The notes: a model not told the origin generated them from the sequence alone. A stretch of DNA of 64,000 nt from Hypanus sabinus (GCF_030144855.1 NC_082715.1:142600001-142664000), one strand, 5' to 3'. Shown: positions 34,536 through 48,755, counted from the first letter of the stretch. A program made the numbers and translations.

Positions 34536-36898
34536 CAATAGACAATAGACAATAGGTGCAGAAGTACACCATTCAGCCCTTCGAGCCTGCACCACCATTT
34601 TGAGATCATGGCTGATCAACTACTATCAATACCCAGTTCCTGCCTTGTCCCCATATCCCTTGATTCCCCTATCCATAAGATACCTATCTAGGTCCTTCTT
34701 GAAAGCATCCAGAGGCAGTGCATTCCAGACCCCACAACTCTCTGGGAGAAGAAGTTTTTCCTTAACTCTGTCCTAATTGACCTACCCCTTATTCTCAAAA
34801 CATGCCCTCTGGTACTGGACTCTCCCAGTATCTGGAACATATTTCCTGCCTCTATCTTGTCCAATCCCTTAATAATCTTATATGTTGCAATCAGATCCCC
34901 TCTCAATCTCCTTAATTCCAGCGTGTACAAGCCCAGTCTCTCTAACCTCTCTGCGTAAGACAGTCCAGTCATCCCAGGAATTAACCTCATGAATCTATGC
35001 TGCACTTCCTCTACAACCAGGATGTCCTTCCTTAACCCTGGAGACCAAAACTGTACACTATACTCCAGGTGTGGTCTCACCAGGGCTCTGTACAAATGCA
35101 AGAGGATTTCATTGTTCTTGTACTCAATTCCCTTTTTAAATAAAGGCCAACATTCCATTAGCCTTCTTCACTGCCTGCTGCACTTGCTCATTCACCTTCA
35201 GTGACTGATGAACAAGGACTCCTAGATCTCTTTGTATTTCTCCCTTACCTAACTCTACACTGTTCAGATAATAATCTGCCTTCCTGTTCTTACTCCCAAA
35301 GTGGATAGCCTTACACTTATTCACATTAAATGTCATCTGCCAAGTATCTGCCCACTCACCCAGCCTATCCAGGTCACCCTGAATTCTCCTAACATCCTCA
35401 TCACATGTCACACTGCCACCCAGCTTAGTATCATCAGCAAATTTGCTGATGTTATTCTCAATGCCTTCATCCAAATCGTTGACATAAATTGTAAACAGCT
35501 GTGGTCCCAATACTGAGCCCTGTGGCACCCCACTAGTCACCACCTGCCATTCTGAGAAACACCCATTCACTGTTACCCTTTGCTTTCTATCTGCCAACCA
35601 GTTTTCTATCCATGTCAATGTCTTCCCCCCATTGCCATGAGCTTTGATTTAACCCACCAATCTCCTATGTGGGACCTTATCAAATGCCTTCTGAAAATCG
35701 AGGTACACTACATTCACTGGATCTCCCCCATCTAACTTCCTCGAAAAACTCCAACAGATTATTCAAGCATGATTTACCCTTGGTAAATCCATGCTAGCTC
35801 GGCCCAATCCTATCACTGCTATCTAGATATGCCACTATTTCATCTTTAGTAATGGAGTCTAGCATCTTCCCCACCACCGATGTCAGGCTGACAGGTTGAT
35901 AGTTCTCTGTTTTCTCCCTCCCTCCTTTCTTAAAATGTGGGATAACATTAGCCATTCTCCAATCCTCAGGAACTGATCCTGAATCTAAGGAACATTGGAA
36001 AATGATTACCAATGCATCCGCAATTTCCAGGGCCACCTCCTTTAGTACCCTAGGATGCAGACCATCTGGGCCTGGGGATTTGTCAGCCTTCAGTCCCGTC
36101 AGTCTTCTCATCACTGTTTCCTTCCTAATGTCAATCTGTTTCATTTCCTCTGTTACCCTATGTCCTTGGCCCATCCATACATCTGGGAGATTGCTTGTGT
36201 CTTCCTTAGTGAAAACAGATCTAAAGTACTCATTAAATTCTTCTGCCATTTCTCTGTTTCCCATAACAATTTCACCCAATTCATTCTTCAAGGTCCCAAC
36301 ATTGTTCTTAACTACCTTCTTTCTCTTCACATACCTAAAAAGGCTTTTGCTATCTTCCTTTATATTCCTGGATAGCTTGCGTTCATACCTCATTTTTTCT
36401 GCCTGTATTGTCTTTTTAGTTAAGTTCTGTTGTTCCTTAAGAACTTCCCAATCATCTGTCCTCCCACTCACCTTAGCTCTGTCATACTTCCTTTTTTTTA
36501 ATGCTATGCAATCTCTGACTTCCTTTGTCAACCACTGTGGCCCCTTTCCCCCCTTTGAATCCTTCCTTCTCTGGGGGATGAACTGATTTTGCACCTTGTG
36601 CATCATTCCCAAGAATACCTGCCATTGCCGTTCCACTGTCTTTTCTGCTAGGCTATCTGTCCAGTCAAGTTTGGCCAGCTCCTCCCTCATGGCTCCATAG
36701 TTTCCCCTGTTCAACTGCAACACTGACACCTCCGAGCTGCCCTTATCCTTCTCAAATTGCAGATAAAAACTTATCATATTGTGATCACTACCTCCTAATG
36801 GCTCCTTTACTGCGAGATCACTTATCAAATCCTGTTCAATACATAACACTAAATCCAGAATAGTCTTGTCCCTGGTCGGCTCTCGTACAAGCTGTTCC
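34536..36898 (-). mobile_element. CR1 LINE, about 2.4 kb, 5'-truncated; ORF2 (EN end plus RT) split by frameshifts and deletions
   Basis: ORFs 35794-37014 (LEQLVREPTR..ILDLVL..GGSDH; KSPGPDGLHPRVLKE), 35136-35618 (SGVPQGSVLGP, SKFADD) and 34688-35158 (LVRPHLEY); (caataga)n tail at 34536. Confidence 0.95.
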
Positions 36899-37819
36899 AG
36901 TAGATAACACTCTGATTGGGAAGGGTTTGGCTCAAAAACTAATCTAGTGATCCAGATTTTGTCCTGACCTTGGCTGCTGTCTGTGTGGAGTCTGCATGTT
37001 CTCCCTGAAACCACAAGGGTTTCTTAGGGTGTTCCAGTTCCCTCAGAACCAGAATCAGGTTTAACATCACCGGTATATGTCATGAGATCTGTTATTTTGC
37101 TACAGTTATACATGATAATAAAAACTATAAATTACAATAAGTATATGTGTGTGTAGATATATACAGTATGTGTATAGATGCATTTTTTATATATATGCTG
37201 TATATAAAATCAAATTGGTGCAGAAAAAGAGGAAAAATAATCATGGAAAAGTTGTAATATCATACATGGGTTCATAGTCCATTCACAAATTTAATGGCAG
37301 AGGGGAAATGCTGAAGAGTTGAGTGTGCCTTTAGGCTCCTGTACCTCCTCCTTGATGGTAGCAATGGGGGTCCTTAATGATTCAATGTTTCCTTTTTGAG
37401 GCATCACCTTTTGAAGGTGTTCTCAAGGCTGGGGATCCCAAAGGCAAGCAGGTTAGCGGGCTAATTGGCCATTGTAAATTGCCTGTTGTGTGTAGGTAAC
37501 TGATGGACTCTGGAATAGTTTAAGTCCAAGTTAATTGCCATTCAACTACACACAAGTATGTAGCTAAAGGAAGCATCATGCCCCAGGACCAAGGTACAAA
37601 ACAGAGTTTATATAGTCACACACAGCACATATCCTGCACATATTGTCACAAAATATTAGCATGTCCCTGAGTGGCTTGGCTTGATGATTGACAGGTTGAC
37701 ATCAAGTGTGAGGTGAATGTTGATGGAAGAGTTGACAATAGAAAGGTGGGGGGGATGCTGGTCAGTGTGGACCCAGTGGGCTTGTTTCTGTGCTGCATTC
37801 CTCTGTAATGAAACCCAGA

Positions 37820-38040
37820 TTGAGGGAGTGCTGAACTGTCTTTTGAAACTGACATTAAACCAACGTTCTCCCTGAAGATGCAGGAGCACAAATGAGAATC
37901 CCTGGCACTGTGCAGATAAAGAATAAGGGAGGTGTTTTTGTTCATATCTACCCCTCTAACTAATACCAACCCCTCTAACTAATACCAACAATCCATTGTT
38001 GAAACCTCATGTGTGGGAGCTTGCTGTTCACAAATTGAAG
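37820..38040 (+). mobile_element. Deu-domain SINE remnant (SacSINE1/AmnSINE1-like)
   Basis: tgagggagtgctgaactgtc...gacattaaacc...atccctggcactg...gtgggagcttgctgttcacaaattg. Confidence 0.6.
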
Positions 38041-39534
38041 GAAAAGCTGGATATGACAAACTTTGTCCAAGATAGATTGGACTTCTCTCTTTGGAGTGAA
38101 GGAAGATGGGAGATAACTTGACAAAGGTGTACAAGATGATAAGAGGCATAGATCGAGTGGACAGGCAGAGACTTTTTTCCCAGGATAGAAATGGCCAATT
38201 TGAGGGGGAGAATTTTAAGGTAAGTACGGGGGAAATGTCAGAAGTAAGTTTGCTTACACAGTGGAAGGGGTGTGGAATCTGCTGTCAGGAATAGAGGCAG
38301 AGGCAGTTCCCACTTACTTTCAAGGACTCTTCATCTCATGTTCTTAATGTTTATTGCTTATTTATGTATTATTATTATTTATTTCTTTTTGTATTTGCAT
38401 AATTTTTTTGTCTTTTGCAAATTGTCTGTCTTGTTGGGTGAGATCTTTCATTGATTCTATTGTGTTTATTTTATTTACTGTAAATGCCCACAAGAAGATG
38501 AATCTCGGGTTTGTATTTGTGACTTACATGTACTTTGATGATAAACTTACTTTGAATAAGCATGGAAGGAGAATGGAGAACCATGTGGGAGGGGACGGCT
38601 AGATTGATCTTACAGAAGATTAAAAGTTTGGCACAGCATTGAGGGCTGAGGAGCCTCTATTGTGCCGTACTGTTCTAGGTTCTATAATATTGGTGATAAC
38701 ATTACTGAAGTAACCTGGATTCCATTGAAGTCTATAATTCGTTTGCATTTACCTGCCAGTCATTGCTTGTGTGGTGAAATTCTGCTCAGACTGTTGCTTC
38801 CTGTGCACTGTTTGTCCTTTATGTGGTAAACACTGTTTTCACTGTAAATTAATGCTAGCTGTCAAATCAGCTGCTTCATCTGAGGCTGGATGTGCATCCA
38901 AGTACACCAGACTCGGAAACAGTTACTTTCCCTAAGCAGTAAGGCTGATCAACACCTCCTCCAATTAACTCCACCACTACTTTATTATTTCACGTCACCT
39001 GATGCACAGCCTCACATCATTTTATGGACAAACAGTTAATTTATGTATATAAGGTATCTTATATTTATTATTGTGTATTTTAATTATTATTATTTGTTCT
39101 TTACCTTTTGTGTTTTTTGTGCTGCATCTAACAATTATTCTGTTATCCCTACACTTTGTGTACAGGAAATAACATCAGACAATACAGAGTCTCTGCTCTG
39201 TATTGGTGTCTCATTGGTGTCAGTTACAGCAATGTCTAATCAACATAATAATGGAATGGTGCTCGGGATCACTTTAAAAACCATATATTCCTACTGCGCA
39301 TTCTAAGTTGCTTTCCAAGGCTTTCTATTAATCATGATACCGAGCTAACAAAGGTACTTGATGACATTGATTTATTGAAAAGGAAGCAGACAATTTATTT
39401 GATGATGTATGCGCTTGACATGCATATTGACAATACTATTTAGAGAGCAGCATGTAATCTTGCAAAGTAAAGGAGTCTATTGAGATGAGGTTAATTGCTG
39501 CTTCCAGAATCGCTGGGTCTCCATCGTGAGGGCT

Positions 39535-39650
39535 CTGTGTCTTGGGCACATCAGCCTTGCAGATTTCCCCTGTCTGTCTTGGGCACATCAGCCTTGCAGA
39601 TTTCCCCTGTCTGTCTTGGGCACATCAGCCTTGCAGATTTCCCCTGTCTG
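39535..39650. repeat. 37-bp tandem repeat, 3 copies
   Basis: cttgggcacatcagccttgcagatttcccctgtctgt at 39541, 39578 and 39615. Confidence 0.92.
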
Positions 39651-39974
39651 ACCCAATCAGGGAAGCAGGAAGTTGTAAATTGTACAGTTTTGTTTGTGCT
39701 GTGCAGACTCGCAAATAGAAGAATACAACTTTCAAACCAATTTCATATTTTCAATTTAACGTTTCCATTCCAAAAACTTGTCTCTTATTTTGGACTTATT
39801 TCCACTTAGAATGATTAACTTATTATTATTTAATTATTTATGGTTTGATATTGCTATATTTCTACACTATTCTTGGTTGGTGCGGCTGTAACGAAACCCA
39901 ATTTCCCTTGGGATCAATAAAGTCTGTCTGTCTGTCTGTCCCGCCTATTCCCACCTCAATCCCAGCAAATTGGT

Positions 39975-40270
39975 TGACACAGTAGCATAGCAGATAACAT
40001 ATTGCTTTACAGTGCCAGTGATTGGGGTTCAATTCCTGCCGTGGTCTGTAAGGAGTTTGTACGTTCTCCCTGTGACTATGTGGATTTCCTCTGGGTGCTC
40101 CAGTTTCCTCCCACTTTCCAAAGCCATCCTGGTTAGGGTTAGTAAGTTGTGGGCACGAGGCTTAGTAATTCTTACAGGCCGTCCCCTCCACATAGACGGA
40201 CAGTGTTGGTTATTTATACAAACAACGCATTTCACTCTGTTTCACTGTACCTGTGACAAATAAAGCTAAT
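39975..40270 (+). mobile_element. V-domain SINE with Rex-like tail
   Basis: ggggttcaattcc B box, V-domain, tail tttcactgtacctgtgacaaataaagctaat. Confidence 0.72.
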
Positions 40271-41339
40271 TTTATAATCTAATATTGTCGCTAGAAATGT
40301 AGACACCACGTTGAGAGGTGATGAAGCTCTTGTCCGAGTGGGAGGTTTCTGGTTCAAATCTCTTTCAGTTTTGCATAGATGAGTGAATAAGTGGGTACCT
40401 CTGTAAATGTTAGGAAATCCCTCACATTTTCATCAACTGTTCTGAGTGTTGTCTGTGATGCTGCTGCCAGCAGCTTTTTCCTCGTTTCTGTATCTGCACT
40501 GAACTGTGTGCAGGCAATAAACGACTTCTCGCTCTCCCCTGAGTCACGTGGTTTTGGGTCAACAGTCACTCTCCCTGCAGGTTCTACGTTGTTGGAGGTG
40601 TCATTATCCTGTTCTTCGTGGGACATCAGGCACAGTTTCAGATAAGACCAGGGACGGTGGCCACGTCAGTGTGATACACGTGGACATACGATATTGGGTG
40701 TATACCCCTTTAAGAATTGTTTCATGTGACCTACTGTTCTCTGCAATGGCTCTAGTGAACGGCTTTCCAGAAATAGTCTATACTTGTACACTAAACCTCA
40801 AGGAAATTCCGCTTTGCACTGTAAGTTCTGTTTTATATATAAATTATCTTTGTTTAAATTATTGAATACTCTCCAGACCCTGAGTGGATGAATGAGAGGG
40901 GGAGACTGAGAGGTGGTGTCCAATATGCTGATTAATGAAACTTTGAAACTTGGATCCTGTGTCTGAATCTAACTATTGCCCATCAAAGCTGAGTTATTTC
41001 TTGTTTTGCCTTCATCAAACATTGCAGTGGGGAAAAGTCTCTTCATTATCTGATTGTGGGAACTTGCTTTAGATTATTAAATGGATCGGAGAGGTTTGGA
41101 GTGATACGGGTCAAACCCAGGCAATTGGTGTGCACCGTAGTCAGGATGGGTCAGTTGGGCCGAAGGGCCGGTTTTCATGTTGTTACTCTCTGACTTCATG
41201 TTTAAATCGATTGGCACGTACTGTATACATTTTACAGCAACCGTTTGCAAAATGACACAATTTTTAAAAATTTCATTGGCTGTAATATGTTCCATGGTAA
41301 TAAAAGATGCGATATAAATGCAAATTGTTCTTATTTCTT

Positions 41340-42060
41340 CCTTGCTGCGGGTTTCTGAGATTCTCATTAGAACTGTTACCCTTTTCGTGTACAGTACTTG
41401 GACTGTCTGCTGCAGGGGCAGCCCGCCGACATCACCATTTCTCACTCGCTACCTTCCGTGTGACGGTCGGCAGGGAGCTCGCTAAACCTGCCGGGCTCGA
41501 CGGGAGTCGCACTGCAGCCTGGGCTCTCTCCAGGGACGGAATGAACTGTCCAGACCTGCGAGCAAGGTGCTTGAATGATCGTTAACGTGAATTCAGGGGG
41601 GAAGGATGTACGGAGCCCATAATCGGCTTTCCGTGTCAGCTTCAGCAACACAAACAAAATAATGACCAGTGAGGATAAAATCTGATCGGGATTGTAGAGT
41701 TTGCATTTATGCTGGATCTTCTGGTTCCCAATTCAATATGCTCGTATTAAATTCGTATCCCTGTTATTTTAACTCGGGCATTAACTTCTTTTGGGTTTTA
41801 TGTGAGACCAGCAGAAGGTAGATTATCCAATTCCTTTATGTCTTGTGAAATTAGCTTTGCAATAATCTTTACTAAGCGATGCCACTCGCCGCAGCGGCTG
41901 CCCGTAATCCACTTACTGTTGGCTCGGTTTGAAGTCGTGCTCCCGGGTCCCGAGCACAGGAAATCAGGCAGTGAGCTCCGCAGGCCTGGCGGTGACGGTG
42001 GTCAAGGGAGGGTCGAGAGGGTGGGCTGGGTGGGGAATAAGCTGTACGGTGTTGAGTCGT
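41340..42060. promoter_or_regulatory. Secondary CpG-rich unique patch
   Basis: Many CpGs, no recognisable TE. Confidence 0.4.
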
Positions 42061-42814
42061 AAGGTTCAGGAAGTTATTACTCTTCAACTGTCAGACTCCT
42101 GAAATCTTCACTCCCCTTGATACTGAACACAACCCGCTTTTAAAGACTCTACAACTCGTTCTCAGCTTTATTTATGTAATATTGAAGTAGTTTTTGTATT
42201 TGCAGTTTCAGTCTTTGTGTTTAGTTTGTCATTCATTCTATTGTACTACTTTGTTCTACTGTGAATGCCTGCAAGAAAATGAGGCTCAGAGTAGAATTTC
42301 GTGATGTACGTACTTGATAATAAGTTTGAAAATGAATCTCGGGGTAGAGTTTCGTGATGTGTAGGTAATTTGTTTTGAGGTTGGAGGAAGGCAGGGAACC
42401 AGACAGAAGGTGTCAGATAGAGTGGAGGTTGTGATGGAAGTGGTAGTTGCCTGTTTGATAGCGGTGGGAGAGGTTGGCCGTAGAGTCATAGGGCAAAGGT
42501 CAAAGAATCATGTGCTACCAGGGTAGCATAACCGTTAGATTAATGCTATTACAGCTTGGGATATCAGAGTTCGGAGTTCAGCTCCCGGCGTCCTTTGTAA
42601 GCAAATCTGTACATGTCTTCCTATGTGTGCGGTTTCCTCTGGGTGCTCCGGTTTCCACCCACAATCCATATGAAATTCAAATTTCTTTTACATCTTGTTA
42701 TTGGTCCTACCTTGATCTCTTCTTCTGGCAGCTCATTCCCTGCATGGATGACCCTCTGGGAGAAGAAATTACGCCCTGAGCCTCTGAAATCATTCCCCCC
42801 CCCCACCTTAAACC

Positions 42815-43020
42815 CCAGAGATTCTGCAGATGCTGGAAATCCAGAGCAACACACACAAAATGCTGGAGGAACTCAGCGGGCCAGGCAGCACCTATGGAGA
42901 GGAATAAACAGTTGACATTTTGGGCCGAGACCCTTTGACAGGATTGGAAAGGAAGGAGGCATAAGCCAGGGAGGGGACAGGGTATTGGCTAGCAGCTGAT
43001 AGGTGAAACCAGGTGAGGGG
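42815..43020 (-). mobile_element. Penelope-like tail with decayed hammerhead
   Basis: ctgcagatgctggaaatccagagcaacacacac...aacagttgacattttgggccgagaccctttgacaggattgg. Confidence 0.75.
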
Positions 43021-43059
43021 GGTCTCACATTAAACTTGGGATCTCTAGTCTGAAGGAGG

Positions 43060-43812
43060 TTCACTCCGCTGAACATCGACGGCTCCTCGGTGGAGATCAT
43101 TAAGAACACCAAATTTCTTGTTCACCTGGTGGAGAATGTCACCTCAACATCAGCTCCATAGCAAAGAAAGCCCAGCAGCGTCTCTACCTTCTGTGAAGGC
43201 TGAGGAAAGTCCATCTCTCACCCATCACATTCTACAGGGGTTGTATCGGGAGCATCCTGAGCAGCTGCATCACTGCCTGGTTCGGAAATTGCACCATCTC
43301 GGATCGCAAGACCCTGCAGCGGATAGTGAGGTCAGCTGAGAAGATCATCGGGGTCTCTCTGCCTGCCATTACAGACATTTACACTACACGCTGCATCCAC
43401 AAAGCAAACAGCATTACGAAGAACCCCACGCACCCCTCATACAAACTCTTTACCCTCCTGCCATCTGGGAAAAGGCGCCGAAGCATTCGGGCTCTCATGA
43501 CCAGACTATGTAACAGTTTCTTCCCCCAAGCTATCAGACTCCTCAATACCCAGAGCCTGGACTGACACCAACTTACTGCTCTCTACTGTGCCTATTGTCT
43601 TTTTTATTATTTATTGTAATGTCTGCACTGTTTTGTGCACTTTATGCAGTCCTGGGTAGGTCTGTAGTCTAGTGTCATTTTTTTTTTCTGTGTTGTTTTT
43701 ACGTAGTTCAGTGTAGTTTTTATATTGTTTCATGTAGCACCATGGTCCTGAAAATCGTCGTCTCATTTTTACTACGTACTGTACCAGCAGTTGTGGTCAA
43801 AATGAAATGAAT
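43060..43812 (+). mobile_element. Rex1/Babar LINE 3' end, same subfamily as 20750-23130
   Basis: RSAEKIIGVSLPAITDIYTTRC...PSGKR..LCNSFFPQAIRLLN; 3' UTR matches the reverse complement of 20760-20885 and 21433-21550. Confidence 0.9.
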
Positions 43813-44589
43813 TGAGGTGCAGGTATCTATCAGCAAAAAAGGAGAAAATAAACAAAATAAGCTTTATTCATAATAAAAATTATAAATTATTTATGACCCA
43901 TAAACCATCGGATGCCTTTTTGTTCTTTACAAACTTGGCCTTCTATGCCATTCCATTACTGCCACTCATGTACTGTATACTACTACAAAAGAGGAGGAAC
44001 TTCCTCCCCCCACCCTGCCCTTCCCTCTCCAGTGGGAGCATAACCCTCCATCATGGTTCTCCCCCCCCACCCCTCCACCAGCCCGTGCAGTGGCTGCACC
44101 AAGCTTCAGTGCGTCCCCCAGCAAGTACTCCCACAGCCTAGACTGTGGCAGTCGGCAGCATTCTTACGTGGACATCTCCACGTGCTGATAGACCAACAGA
44201 TTTCACCCAGCTGATGACACACCAGCAGCTCTGGACGTTTGCCTCCGTGGGTGTCCCTGGGAGCAGCCCTCAGATGAGGGAACCTTTTGTCGCCCAGTTA
44301 TTCGAGATGAACCCCGTCACAGGCCCTCTCACCGTCCCTCTGCCTCTTGGCCAACCTGCAGTCCGCAAAGAGGTGAGCTGCTGTTTCCTCCCCACTGGTC
44401 ACCCCGCGGGCGGTGGGCTGTGGCAGTGATGCAGGAGGGGGGCATTGCTGATTGTGTGAGGTTACAGACCTGAGAGCTTAGCCTATTAGTCTGTCATGTC
44501 CCCAGAATCCAAAGACCTTCACCAGGCTCACACCTTAATGCTGGAGTGGGGGAGCTCTGCTCAGTTCTTAGTGCCTCATTACTCATTAA

Positions 44590-44790
44590 TGTGTTAAACT
44601 GAGGCCTGGTCTGTTCTCTCAACTGCCCTTTTGATTCCATGGCACTGGGAGTCCTCACCAGCTTCTGGAGAAGTGTTCGCTTGGTCGATTTCCACGACAA
44701 ATAACCAGGTATTCTGCATTAATGTGGTGTGTGAGCTCTCTGTGCATGTTGGCTGTTACATTTCTCATGACGATTGTGGTTACATTTGAA
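44590..44790 (+). mobile_element. Deu-domain SINE remnant
   Basis: gtgttaaactgaggcctggtctgttctctc...gattccatggcact...ttggctgttacatttctc. Confidence 0.55.
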
Positions 44791-45861
44791 CAAATCTTCC
44801 GAGTCCTAGAGCACTACAGCACAGAAGCAGGCCCTTTGGCCCATCTAGTCTATGCTGAACTGTTATCCTGCCGAGTCGCATCCATGCACACTTGGATCAT
44901 AGCCCTTGAATGATGCAATCAAACCTGCATCCAGCACTTCCACTGGCAGCTCACTCCACATTCACATCACCCTCTGAGTGAAGAAGTTTGCCCTCGGGTC
45001 CCCCTTAAATACTTCACCTGACACCCTTAACCTACGACACCTAGTTCTAGTCTCACCCAAATTCAGTGGGAAAAGCCTGCTTGCATTTATCCTATCTGCA
45101 CTGCTCATAATTTTCTGTAAAATCTCCCCTCATTCTCCTCTGCTCCTCTTCATTTGTTAGAATGTGTTTTGGTAATTTAACATACACCATGTTCTATTTT
45201 AATTCAGTGTTGTGTTTGGCCCGCAATGTCAGTGCTGTACACGAAGATTACTCTAAAACTCCTCTGCCAGCATGTGATGTACCCCCCCCCCCCAATTCCC
45301 TGAACGTATACTTGCATCTATCTAACAGCCTCATAAACACACTGTCATATCTGTTTCCATGGCACCCAGCACACTGCTTTCTTTTAAAAGGAACTTGTCC
45401 CAGCTATCTCCTTTAAACCTCATCCTCACAGTGGAAATGCATGTCTTCTGGTACTTGACATTGTAACGCTCGGTACAAAGATTATGATTCTCCATCTCAC
45501 CCAGGGTGATTAAGGGTACCTTCAAAATACTGGTTGCCATTTAGTGGTACAACATGGTGACAGGCCCTTCCCGCCCAACGAGTCCGTGTTGCCCAACTAC
45601 ACCCATGTGACCAATGCATCCACTAACCTGTATGCCTTTGGAATGTGGGAGGGAACCCGAGCACCAGGAGGAAACCCATGTGGACACGGGGACGACATAC
45701 AAACCCCTTACAGACAGCGGCAGAATGGAGCCTGGGTTGCTGGCACTATAATCGCATCACACTAGCCACTGCACTACCATGTCCCCCCGTTGAACATGTC
45801 TTAAGTTTTTTTACGTTAGTTTATAGAGTCAGAGTACTGCAGCACAGGCCCTTTGACCCAT

Positions 45862-46332
45862 TTAGAATGATCCTGGGAATGAAAGGGTTAACACAGGAGC
45901 GTTTAATGGCTCTGGGCCTGCACTCGCTGGAGTGTAGAAGAATGCGGGGGTGGGGGGGGGAATCTCATTGAAACTTATTGGATATTGAGAGTTCTGGATA
46001 GAGTGGATGTGGAGAGGGTGTTTCCAATAGTGGGAGAGTCTAGGATCAGAGGGCACAGCCTCAGAATATAGGGCATCCCTTTAGAACAGAGGTGAGGAAT
46101 CTTTTAGCCAGAGGGCGGTGAGTCGGGATTTATTGCCATAAATGGCTGTGGAGCCCAAGTCCTTGGCTCTAAACAGGAAATTGATAGCTTCTTGATCAGA
46201 AAGGGTGTCAAAGGATATGGAGAGAAGGCAGGAGAATGGAGATGAAAGGGATAATAACTCAGCCATGATGAAATTATGGAGCAGATTGGATGGGTGGAAT
46301 AGTCTGATTGTGCACCTACATCTTATGGTCTA
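45862..46332 (+). mobile_element. CR1 LINE 3' fragment
   Basis: RMILGMKGLTQERLMALGLHSLECRRMRG...agagggcacagcctcagaata, then the 3' UTR. Confidence 0.88.
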
Positions 46333-48119
46333 AGCACAGAAACATCTTGTCCATGCTGACAGGAAATTAGTATTCAGAAGTGAGTCATTCCAATCTGCCT
46401 GCGCCCAGGAAAGAGAAATCCATATGGCTCAAATCCTTGTCCCTTTGCAGGTATCCTGCTGCCATTCTGGGAATGTTGTCTCCGTGTGAAATTCCTGCTG
46501 CAGAAAACTGCACTCCTTTTTGATCAGAAATGCCCATCCTTGTGTATCTCATTAATCAGTAAATCCTCACTGCAAATTCTGCAATGGTTTTGTTGCTCTG
46601 TCGTGGAATTCCCTGGCCTTTCTGCTTTAGAAGCTTGTAGTAATTCAATTGACTTTAATTCTGTCCTCTATTGTGAGCCAAATGCAGATTATCACTTGAT
46701 AATCCTGTCGTGATTACGTTCCTGTTGAGGGGTGGAGAGCCCTGAATATGATAACTCACCACCGTCAGCATTCATTGCAATGCAGTGTTTGGAGGCAGCC
46801 ACCCAGTCACGTCCAGACAGCTGTATTTCAGTAAAAGGAATTCAAAGCAAACCCAATCTAAAGAGTAGGTGGAGGAATTCCTGTCAATTAGCGGTGACCT
46901 ACGCTCAATTGTTGATTCGGTGGTTGAAGATCTTGTCAGAATGAATGTTTACTAACGTTCTTAAAACAGAGAACTCTATGATCTAGGTTGGATATACTTG
47001 GAATCACATTTTGCAGATGAAGGCTCTTCAGCCCTCTATGTTAATGCTAGCTCCTTGAGAGAACCATCCAATTAATCCAGCAGCCCTCCTCTGCACTTCT
47101 GTTTTCTCTACTTTGTCAGAAATTTGGCATGTCCCCTTGGATCCACACCAATTTGTATTGATGCACCATAGAAAGTGTCTAATGCAGATATTTCATAGCT
47201 TGCTAAGGCAACTGCACTGCTGGTGATGGCGAAGTACTGCAGAGTATTGTGGACACAGCTCAACTTCACCTCTACAAATCGGTAATGTAAAATGTACTGA
47301 TGACTTTCATAATAGCCTCATACTTCTAAGTCAGAAATTGGGCTTGTGGGAGTTGGGAACAGATGCCCTTGTGTTAGGTGGCAATTAGAGCCAAAGAGGT
47401 TTTGTTTTTTGTGAGGTGGTGGATATTGAGATTGATCACTGGATTACAGGCTCAAAGAGATGGCCAGAAGAGCTCATGGTTTTGGATAGATAAGTCACAG
47501 GGATCTTCTGTACTGCAGCCAAGGATCAGGAGGGAAGCTAGGAGAAAGCTCGTTAACTGAAGCACTCACTGAACTGTTGTTACAGTATTACTCTTTGATT
47601 CTGGTTGCCTCATTACTGGAAGTAGCGATGACCTTAAGAGTGCATGCAGAGAAGATTTAGTATAGTGGGACTTCGCCAGAGATGTGAAACTGTTCTCATC
47701 AGATCAGATTGGAAACAGACCTTTCAGCCCATTGAATCCCTGCTGACTATCCAACGCTCACTTACACTGATCCTATGGTGAGCTGTCCACATTCCCTTCA
47801 ACCCTCCCTCCAGATTCTACCACTCAGCTGCATGCAGGGGGCAAAATTTGCAGCAGCCAATTAACCGACTGACATGTGGGAGAAAACTCAAGGAGAGCAT
47901 GCAAACTCCACACAGACAGCGCCAGAGGTCAGGATTGAGCCGTTTCACTGATAGGCTGCAGCTCTACCATCTGGATGACTGTGGTGCCTAAACTAGTGCA
48001 AGGAACAGAATGAGAGGTGACTTGACAGGTTAAGGAGGCATAGATATTATGGACTTTTTCCCAGGATGGAAATGGCTAAAACAAGGGGGCATAATTTTAA
48101 GATGATCCGAGGAAAAGTG

Positions 48120-48755
48120 CAATCACGAACAAAGCACTACAGCACCTCTACTTCCTTAGGAGTTTGTGGGGATTCGGCATGACATCTAAAACTTTGACAG
48201 ACTTCTATAGATGTGTGGTGGAGAGAATATTGACTGGCTGCATCACAGCCTGGTATGCCCTTGAACGGAACATCCCAGAAAAAGTGCTGGATGCAGCCCA
48301 GTACATCAAGTGTAAAGCCATCCACACTACTGAGCACATCTACACGAGACGCTGTCCCAAGAAAGCAGCATCCATCATCAGAGAGCCCCCACCACCCACT
48401 CTCTTCTTGTTGCTGCCATCAGGAAGAAGGTACAGGAGCCTCAGGACCTACACCACCTGGTTTAGGATCTTGAACCAAAGAGATAACTTCACTCAACTTC
48501 ACATACCCATCATTGAAGTGTTCCCACAACCAATGGACTCACTTTCAAAGACTCTTCATCTCATGTTCTTGATATTTATTGATTATTTATTTTAATTCTT
48601 TCTTTTTTTTGTACTTGCACAGTTTGTTGTCTTCTGCACGCTGGGTGAACGCCCTAGTTGGGCAGTCTTTCATTGATTCTGTTGTGGTTATTATTCTATA
48701 GATTTATTGAGTATGCCTGTGAGAAAATGAAATTTACTTTGATCTTTGAACTTTA
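48120..48755 (+). mobile_element. Rex1/Babar LINE 3' fragment
   Basis: ORF 48164-48595 FYRCVVERILTGCITAWY...LLPSGRRYRSLR. Confidence 0.85.
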
